DNA from: Antedon mediterranea
Taxonomy: Eukaryota; Animalia; Echinodermata
Direction of reading: 5' to 3'
Length of the DNA: 64,000 bases
Assembly: GCF_964355755.1 (NCBI RefSeq)
Contig: NC_092671.1
Span: 5,828,001-5,892,000 of the forward strand
Shown: positions 55,501-64,000 of the stretch, in pieces
Layout: each line of letters opens with the position of its first letter
How positions within the stretch are numbered: the stretch's first letter is position 1
Notes under the pieces: model-generated
Databases searched by the model: none
What the model saw: only the letters and a program-made list of their open reading frames with translations
What the model was told of the DNA's origin: nothing
Made by a program: the position numbers and the translations under genes

Positions 55501-58500
55501 TGACCTCTAAATTAAGGGTGCGTCTTATACACCGAACATAAATGCCTCACCACACAGATTGTACATATTGGCCTATCGTCACCTCGTTTGCTAGGCCTGA
55601 GTAGGCTAGGCCTAGCTACAGTATACTAACGTAACGGCAACCTGCTTCTGCCTAGTTTTCAAGGCATTTTAGCATGATGTTATACTAAATATGATGAAAA
55701 GATTTGTTCATTATGGAGCGGTTTTAGGCGCTCCGATAAATTTCATTTGTAAACGTTTACGTACGATTGGAATAGTATTTATTTATAGTTATAATACGCA
55801 CAATCGCCGACCGCCGTACCCCTAGTGCAAGCCCTTCTTGGGCGGCCACATGGTGTACGGTATTCGACTAGTATATTATCCAGGTGATTATAGCATGGAC
55901 CTAGCGTACACACTTCTCGGATACATAGATACTAATCGAATACGATTGTCCGTGAAAACGTGCGCCCTCTCGAAATGATCGAGCGAGGCTAGCCCACACA
56001 CGTACATCGTGTTACACACACGGTCATGCACTCGATGTTGTTGCGGGTGCGAAACTCATGAATAACAAGTTAAGCGTGGTTCCCACTAGCGACGCAACGC
56101 AAGGACGTAACGCAACGCAAGTGAATTGACCAATCACAAGCGATAGCTTATTCGCTTGTGATTGCTAACTGTCTATAACTTTGTTTGTCATTGGTTAAAA
56201 CGCTTGCGTTGCGTTTACGTCCTTGCGTTACGTTCTAGTGGGAACCACGCCTTAGAAAGAACTTGGTGCGTCTTATACATCGACGATGTAAAAAAATACC
56301 GATATTTTACTCTTAGTTAGGGGTGCGTCTTATACACAGGTGCAACTTATACACCGAAATATACGGTATTCATATACCCCCTGAAAATTTCTGGTTGTTT
56401 TACTTTATTGTTTTGATTAAGCTTTTTGCTCATTTTATTTTGTATCTCCATTGAGATCCATGAGCTACGATACCCACAGCATTGTCATTTTTTCAGTAAT
56501 TTGCCTTTCGATTATTACAAATTTAAGATACATCTATAATTCAGCCACTTCCTTTTATTGTCCAATTTTGATTTCTAGATTGGAAGAACACTTGTTTACT
56601 AAAAATAAAAGCGTAATAATAATTCAATATGTTTCAATCTATTTGTTAATTTTCAACATTTTATGTTTCAATGTATTTGATAATTTCATACAATATTAAT
56701 TTAAAGATAACATGTATTCAGTATAGCAACAGTTGTTTGAATATCATTGAGTTATCAAAGTGATGATGTGAATTTGATTAATTGTATAAATTGAAGCTTT
56801 CCACTCAATTACAGACATGAGTCATGTTCAATGCAGGAGATCTCGGCACAGATTGCTGGATTATTGTTAACAATGACTGTTTTGTCATGATAATTATTCT
56901 ATCTGAAGCAGATGCAACTGTGACATATTGGTGTTCTTAATTAAAAACTAGATCTAATTAGAAATGTGTCAATTTACAATCGTTAAATTAAAATCATTAA
57001 TGACATTTATTTAAAAGTGTTATTGAATTTGATTTGTGATAATTTTAATGGAATCTTTATATGTATTGAATTTAACCAATTTGATATATGCATTTCTTGA
57101 TAATCTTTAATAAAAATACTATGAATTTGAACAGAATATCGTTTTCTTAAAATGTTAAGATGTAGACCTATTGACCAAGTGTTGAAATTTGGAATACCCT
57201 ATTAAGGGAACATTTTCCAATGAAAAACAAGGGTGAAATCATATGTTACTTGGTTAATGAAACATTTTCTTACGTCCCAAAGTTGTCTCCTTAATCACGG
57301 TTTGATAACTTTTGTATAAATTACTTCCATTTATTGTCATTTGAATAAAAATTATGTTTGCATTGACATATACAAAAACAGATAAATAAAAAAACTAACA
57401 AAAACAATTACAAAGTGTGAAAACCACTGTTGTACGGTATACTGACATAATTTGAACATAAATAAAATGCTATTGATTGTCAATATAGTTATAGCATAGT
57501 GATTTAGGCCTAATGGCTATTGTTGAAAAATGTGATTGAATGAACTCATTTATGACTACATTCGTTAACCTTGTCTTTATCCATTTTCTTGTGTAAATGT
57601 GTACAACTTAATCTTCAGGAACTTGTTGATAGACTCGCATTTAATTAGAATTGATGTATACCTTGACACGCTATGACCTCATCTTCATCTTGCCGAAAAT
57701 AACCATATTTTGATATAATTTTTTTGTTTGAATTTGTGGTATATTTGTCATAATAATTGATCAACAAGCACAAGTTCAAACCATAGAGGTATTTAATATT
57801 TTATACCTCCATGGTTCAACTGACTGGTGCTCAATCTACCATAGCATACACTAGACTAAAAACATTATGTGATAAAGCAGTAATCAGTTTATTGTTATAG
57901 ATTAGAAATAAATGGTTAATATATGGTTTTTTTTCTAGGATCATGATTATATTATGAACAGTCCACAGGGAAGTTCAACATCATTAGACAAAGTTAGTTC
58001 ATATCGAGGAAGTGTATCATTAGGAAGGTAAGAATGATAAAAAAAAAATCTAAAATAATTGGAATGATTTTTAATTTTTAAAAAGTCATGTGTTTTGGGG
58101 TGTGTTTTTAGTATTAATTATATAGTTTATAATTACAAATTCCTAGCGTAAACTATGCTTTATGTTATAAATTATTTGTTTTATCATTTTCAATTACATC
58201 TATATTTTAACTATTTTTTCATTACCCACAGTGCATCAGGTGCAAGATTAAAAAGTTCCATTAGTCATGAGGATTTCACAGGTTCGTTTTTGTTCTGTTT
58301 GAACTCTTTTAAACAAAATTTTCTATTTCCATTAAAATATTCATCAGATTCTTAACTGTAATAACTCTGTTTTTTAATATTTGTATAAATATTCAAATAT
58401 TCCTATATGGTTAAAATGAATCCATTATAATCAAACACAGAGTGTTATATTTGTACCATAGAACTGCAAACTTGGGATATCATTCTTCTGTTGAAGTTTA

Positions 58501-61500
58501 TTCTTATAGATACTAATTTGGTTATTAATTCTTTCACAGATTCCTGTTATGGACATTATAATAGAGATGGTAATAAGGGTAGTACATTTCCAAGTCGTGG
58601 GAATAGCACTAAATATGGTCCAGTAGATTATACAGATGGTTAGTGTTCAATTATCAATATGTCCGATCATTTTATAACAGTTTATAACACACCTGACTGT
58701 ATTCTTGCAATTTGATTGGTTAATTACGCATCATGTGTCATTCGGCATTTTTCCTACCTAACATACGGTGAATAAATTGAATAAAAGTAGGTGTTTAATA
58801 AAACAAATAATTTTGTATTTGTCAAAAGAATAGAATATTGACTGCTCTATTTTTCAACTTGTGAAATATTCTCACCATTCAACTCATAAACATTCATTAT
58901 TGGTATATTTGATTGTCCAACTTGTATGATTTTCACCTTTATAACATCTTTTTTTAAGATGGCCGTCTCGAACGTCGTCCTAAACCTATACTGTATATAA
59001 ACATGATTATTAAGCCAACATTTAATTCATTCTGCTTATAACCATAACTATATATTGCAATTTTGTTTAGGTCGAAGAACTTTTCCAACTAGAGTACCAA
59101 GTAGTAGCATTTAATTAATTCATTGTGCTTATAACCATAACTATATATTGCAATTTTGTTTAGGTCGAAGAACTTTTCCAACTAGAGTACCAAGTAGTAG
59201 ACCAAAGTTAAGTGCGTCAATAATCGGACACGAGACGAGTCCGCACGGTAGTGAAATATCGTTCAAGACTGGGAGTAGCGAAAGTAGTGGCATTGGTGGT
59301 GACTTGGCAAATGACGTCGGTAGAACGAGGCGAGACGAGATGGAAATTATTAGCAGAATAGAAGAAATTAAGATTGGAGACAATGCAAAATGTAATTTTT
59401 AAGATTTGTTTTTTCATTTGTGTTGTACACAACAAGTATTTTATTTTTAGTTTCAACAGTTTATTTAATATAACGCAAAATTCTGGCCGCCACTAAGCGC
59501 AAATTAAGGAGTTTGAGGAGTTATTTGATTCAGCTTTTCTGATTGAGTTTAGAAGGGCATTCCAAAGAACAGCAGCTGACCAGGAAAAGGCACATTCAAC
59601 CCAAGTCAAATAAGCTTTTGATATATTTTTGTAAATCTCTGTCTACACTATTAAACTTGATGTGACAAAAAATGTGATGTACCCATATATGGACATGATG
59701 ATGTCATATCACTACCATTATTTGGGCATATCACCACCATATTTGAGCATTAGTTTGATAGTGTAGACAGAGATTAAGAGACGCAGTTGTTTAAATTGGT
59801 CACAAAGATCAACGCCACAAATATTGGATTGTACAGTTAAGATAACAACAATTCACATGTATTTATTTCTTAGCACCTCGGGCACCTGAAAATTGGACTA
59901 AAGGAAAGTTACTAGGCCAAGGGGCTTTTGGTGTGGTCTATCTGTGTTATGATCAGGACACGGGACGAGAATTGGCAGTGAAGCAAGTAAATCTAAATGG
60001 AAACCATGACGATGCTAGAAAGGTAAACAATTCATTTGCATTTTCAGTAATAAAAATATTGTAAAACCCCTATTAGACATACACCTTCAGAACAAAGAGT
60101 TAATTTTCAGGATTTAAAAGAAAAAATAGACCCCAAAATATCTTAGAAATGCGATAATCAGAGTGGTTTTTATAAGGAAATCTGTTTGATGGCTTTCAAA
60201 ATGAAACTGACAAGTTTGTTGCAGTACTGTTTTCAACAGTGTTAATGCGTTTTAATTGTTGGGAATTATCCTTCACGCTTTACTTTAATTAAATTAAGTG
60301 AACCACCTGTGAGACAGACTGGCGTTGTGTGGTTGTCTAATTATAAAGGAAACTACCCAGAACAAAGCATGAGAATGTGTGGGTATGTTTGAGAGTTTGA
60401 AGGTATGTGTGCATGTATTGATAGGGGGGTTTGCGCATTCCAGATAGTGTGCATGTGTGTTAAGCTCTATCTACACTACCAAACTTTATGTGACAAAAAA
60501 ATGTGATGTGCCCATATAGGGATATCATGACGTCATATCGCTACCATATTTGGGCACTTTTTTTTGTCAAACTAGTTGGACAGTGTAGACAGAGCTTTAG
60601 ATGGGAAGTACATAGAAGATTTGTGGGTATGTGAACAAAAAGTGTTTAACATGTTTTTGACTGTATGTTAGATGTATAGTATGGATGAGAAGAGGATAGT
60701 GGATATATTCACATTCCGGAATGTTCTTAAATATTAAATATTTTTAACAGTGAAACATTACACGAGGGTTTTATTAATATCAGTTAACTTAATTAGTAAA
60801 AAGTCTAATATGAGAGGTGTAAAGTATAAACAGACACATTGAACCCAATTTACTGTCCTGTTGCTTATACTAATATAGTCTCAAAAGTATGATCTTGCTG
60901 CAAACTCCACAGGGAAAACAAAAAATGCATCAGTTCCATTCTCAATGGAAAAGGAATTATGTGAAAATTATAACAGCTTCCGTGCACACTGCGGTACTTG
61001 ACATTTCTTCTACTACAATTTAGTTGTCAAAACCGTTGTAAGATAATTCATGAATAATTTGTTTGACTGAGTGATAACCGGTGAAATTAGTTGAACCGGG
61101 CAAGCCTTTGGGCAAGGATACGATATCTCGTTGACAGCTACTGGTCAGGCTGATTTGTTATTGTCACATGATCAAGTTGAAACTCAAATAAAAATTTTGT
61201 AAAATAGTGATAACTTTCTTTTTTATTTTAAGAATTAATACCGTGGATTGTCCTTACTTTATACAGTAATTGGTACAATTTCACTATCTGATTTCCAGGC
61301 AAAAGGCGAAGAGTGATATAGACTCACAATAGGCCAATTACCTGTTAGTCCTTGTGTATGAGCCTACCCAAACCAGTTTGTTTTTTTATACAATATTGCT
61401 CATTCATGTTATTTTTCTTTCATTTATAGGAAGTTGGAGCATTAAAGTATGAGATTGAATTATTACGGAATATAAACCATGAGAGAATTGTTCAATACTT

Positions 61501-63573
61501 TGGATGCCATGAGGATTCAAATACGTTATCAATCTTTATGGAATTTATGCCTGGCGTAAGTAGCTAAAATTTACTAACTTCCCACTATTTTCTGCGGCCT
61601 TACCCTAACAGTTTAAAGTCATATCATACATTTTTAACATATATTTACAGCAAACAAAACACTTAATTCGTCTTTTTGGTAACTGATCAGTTGCGACAGG
61701 ACCAAACAGAAATCAAAAGAAAATACTCCAAAAAACCATACACTTTCCTAACTATATCTGATTAATTAAACTTGTCCGAGGTAATCAGTAACTGCGGAAA
61801 CCAAAGCGATCAAAATCACGTTTTCTCAGCACTTTCCTTTCGCCGTTATCAATTCATCTTGCGATTGATAACATTTCCTCAGGGGGACAAACAATTAACT
61901 TATGCTTTCTGTGATTGCTGCGTGATTTTTGTTACAGCGCAAAATTGAAAGTTCAAATAGTTTCTAAAAATAAATCATCGACGTATGTAATTTATTATAA
62001 TTAGTTTATGTATATATTTTTTAATCAATTGTCCTAGTTGTTTTAATATCAGGAAGATTTGTTTTAATGATTTGAATTATAAATTAAAAATATAAAGATG
62101 TTTAAACATCTTTTTTCTCTTATATATCATCTACAAATAGATTAAGAAAAAGAAATTAGAATTTTTAATATCTTCTTCCTTTTTCAAATCTACAATTTTA
62201 ATTGAGAGAAAAATGACATTAACTGAAGGAATGAAATAAACTTAATACATTTCAAGATAAACATCAAACATTAAACATCAAATTACAGTAAATAAATATT
62301 TATAATATTAAAATTTCCAAATGGGGGCAGCAGACTGCTTTAAATGTTTATGACATATGCTTATTTTTCTCTGTTTTATTTTCTATTTGTTTTAATATGC
62401 AGTGATTAAAAAGTAAGATTAAAATTTACTTTTTAGTACTGGCAATCTGTACAAACCTATAAACAGAGTCTATTCTGCCTATTTCCAATTTATAGATGTT
62501 TTGTTACCCTTTCATTAAATTAGTATGAATGCTTCTGTGTTGTTAAAGATGATAATTAATTAGTACATTATCTATCATTATCCTTATTTTTTTATTTATT
62601 GTAGTTTTTTTATAATTGGATTTTTATGATTTGTATTTTTGTACTGTTTGCATTGTGTTGTTGAGGGCCCCAATGATCAGCTGTGCTCGATGGGCTACCC
62701 TCATAAAACATGGTTCAATAAAATAAAAACATGTTTTAAAGACATTTAATGTTTTATGTGTAAATTGTAATTTTATTATCAATAACTAATGTAATTTTGA
62801 TTACTTCCATTGTGCAGGGCTCTCTTAAAGACATCATTAAAGCCTATGGTGCATTGACGGAATCCGTAACGAGGAAGTACACCAGACAGATACTAGAGGG
62901 TGTCTCGTTCCTTCATGCTAGTCATATTGTTCACAGGGATATTAAAGGTAATGCTCCCTAAACTTTGGTATATTTTGTTATGTATAAGGTTTCTTTCAAT
63001 AAGGAAATAGATCTTTCCACTGTGGTCCTCCATTTACAAAATACATCAATGTTACACAGTGAAAATTAAACAAACAAATATCCTGCTGTATATCTACATC
63101 TCATATTTAACAAGCTCTGCCTACATTATCAAAAAATGTTATGAGACCATATATGGGCATGATGTCATATCACTATCATATTTGGGCATATCACAACCAT
63201 ATTTGGCACATCACATTTTGTTGTCAAACTAGTTTGATAGTGTAGACAGAGCTTAAGGAAAAACTAATTACGTTATTATCTTGAATGATTTAATAAAACT
63301 TGGGCATCTTTGTAAATATAAACAAATTAAAACTATTATGTAATAATGGGCACAAATATATAAATTGGCATTTTCTTTTTACATTTATCTTGCAGGTGCT
63401 AACATTCTTCGTGATTCCATGGGTAACATCAAGCTAGCTGATTTTGGTGCATCAAAGCGGTTACAGACGATTTGTACAGCTGTTACTGGTATGAAAACTG
63501 TGACTGGTACACCGTACTGGATGAGTCCAGAAATTATTAATGGTGAAGGTTATGGTAGAAAAGCTGATGTATG
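40521..63573 (+). CDS. MAP3K3: Mitogen-activated protein kinase kinase kinase 2/3 (MEKK2/3), PB1 plus kinase domain; 3' end lies beyond the window
   Basis: Candidate start exon 40521-40536 (or 42816-42972), then 47982-48058, 50472-50512, 50660-50783, 51847-51972, 52713-52910, 57939-58027, 58232-58281, 58540-58638, 59164-59391, 59874-60022, 61430-61555, 62818-62947, 63396-63573, all phase-compatible. PB1: [12 protein letters not shown]...[22 protein letters not shown]. Linker: [19 protein letters not shown]. Kinase: [66 protein letters not shown]. Probably the single pro-ortholog of vertebrate MAP3K2 and MAP3K3. Confidence 0.93.
42816..42972 (+). CDS. Candidate alternative first coding exon of MAP3K2/3 (52 aa N-terminus)
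   Basis: ATG at 42816 opens [52 protein letters not shown] and ends at G|GTAAGT in phase 1, compatible with exon 47982. The segment is CpG-richer than its flanks, with CCAAT (~42656) and ATTGG (~42712) upstream. Confidence 0.55.
44931..45312 (+). mobile_element. SINE3/DeuSINE-type element: 5S rRNA-derived head, tRNA-like segment, Deu/Nin domain, (ACATTTA)n tail
   Basis: ACGGCCATACTGCGTTGAAACACCGGTTCTTGTCAGATCACCGAAGTTAAGCAAC...GGGAGACCG is 5S-like. It is followed by GGGTTCGAGCC (B-box), then CCTTCGGATGGGATGTAAAGCCG...GCACGTTAAAGAAC...AAGAGTAGGGG (Deu-domain-like), and a tail ACATTTAACATTTAACATTT. Confidence 0.8.
51616..51731. mobile_element. Harbinger-type MITE family A (degenerate)
   Basis: Family A left TIR and internal units. 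Confidence 0.7.
52943..53557. repeat. Minisatellite, 26-bp unit CTCATGAAAATATTCTCCCCATTCAA, ~23 copies, MAP3K intron
   Basis: Nearly homogeneous tandem array starting ~30 bp after the exon 52713-52910 donor. Confidence 0.97.
54557..54684. mobile_element. Harbinger-type MITE family A
   Basis: Family A TIRs with TAA flanks. Confidence 0.75.
55453..56366. mobile_element. Non-autonomous Tc1/mariner (pogo/Tigger-like) element
   Basis: TA TSD. TIR CCGTATATTT(T/C)GGTGTATAAGT(C/T)GCAC at both ends. Subterminal GGGTGCGTCTTATACAC repeats. Contains a nested MITE. Confidence 0.85.
56073..56251. mobile_element. PIF/Harbinger-type MITE (family B), nested in the pogo-like element
   Basis: TIR GCGTGGTTCCCACTAG...CTAGTGGGAACCACGC with TTA TSD. 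Long internal palindrome of ACGCAA repeats. Confidence 0.85.
59019..59200 (+). repeat. Tandem duplication (~90 bp) of a MAP3K intron/exon junction
   Basis: TGCTTATAACCATAACTATATATTGCAATTTTGTTTAG|GTCGAAGAACTTTTCCAACTAGAGTACCAAGTAGTAG is present twice. The acceptor AGs are at 59069-59070 and 59162-59163. Confidence 0.95.
59635..59774. mobile_element. Harbinger-type MITE family A
   Basis: Family A TIRs and internal repeats. Confidence 0.75.
60463..60596. mobile_element. Harbinger-type MITE family A
   Basis: Family A TIRs with TTA flanks. Confidence 0.75.
63113..63253. mobile_element. Harbinger-type MITE family A
   Basis: Family A TIRs and internal repeats. Confidence 0.75.
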
Positions 63574-63711
63574 GTATGTTACTCTCTCTTTTTATCATAG
63601 TATCCCTGTACCAAGTTAAATTGCGAATCAATTTGTTTTTGTTCACTTTGAAAATATATTCCTACTGCCCCTGTTCAAAACATTATAATAATAATTAGTT
63701 ATAGACATATT

Positions 63712-63830
63712 GAGGGCTTCTTTAACTCAGGCACCAGAGATCTGGAACCAACTTCCTTGTTCCATCTGTTACACTCCATCCCCTTTTCAATTCAAATCTC
63801 TCCTGAAAATTCACCTATTTCAATAGCTAT
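63712..63830 (+). mobile_element. L2-like LINE 3' end fragment
   Basis: Translates as APEIWNQLPCSICYTPSPFQFKSLLKIHLFQ*, matching the AP.LWN.LP...FKS.LKTHLF C-terminus of L2 ORF2. Confidence 0.65.
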
Positions 63831-64000
63831 TCTTTTCATGGAGAAAATCAAATGGGGAATGTTTTTGCATTTGGATAGTTTTTGAGAAATGTGCACATGT
63901 TGATCAATCTAATATTGCCAAAGATTCTTCAAACTAATTGTTTATGATAAAAAAGAAATAACAATGTTTGTACAGATAATTTCTAAATATTCATTATGAT

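Noticed and set aside
59141-59456. Antisense ORFs overlapping exons (also 3503-3745, 14052-14345, 63461-63646)
   Set aside because: These are shadow ORFs of real + strand exons.

Overview
AT-rich, intron-rich animal genomic DNA, probably from a marine invertebrate (a deuterostome is plausible but not provable). It is not prokaryotic. Three + strand spliced genes can be reconstructed by hand with GT-AG junctions and consistent phases: (1) NABP/SOSS-B single-stranded DNA-binding protein, 6 coding exons, 235 aa; (2) SLC35F5 drug/metabolite-transporter family protein, 13 coding exons, 479 aa; (3) MAP3K2/3 (MEKK2/3; PB1 domain plus STE11-type kinase), which runs off the right end and has two candidate alternative first coding exons. 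Introns and intergenic DNA contain non-autonomous DNA transposons (MULE/foldback-like, Ginger-like, pogo/Tigger-like, PIF/Harbinger MITEs, hAT-like), SINEs (including a 5S+tRNA+Deu-domain SINE), LINE tails and two minisatellites. The most unusual observations are: a direct-repeat element whose repeats each carry a complete tRNA-like cloverleaf with an ATC anticodon; short motifs that look like transposon excision footprints (TACWGTA, TAGGCCTA and tiny P-like relics), with TAGGCCTA clustered at gene 5' ends; and a duplication of a MAP3K splice acceptor that copies the RRTFP 14-3-3 site. All coordinates and counts were read by eye and no searches were run. Most ORFs in the supplied track are spurious.
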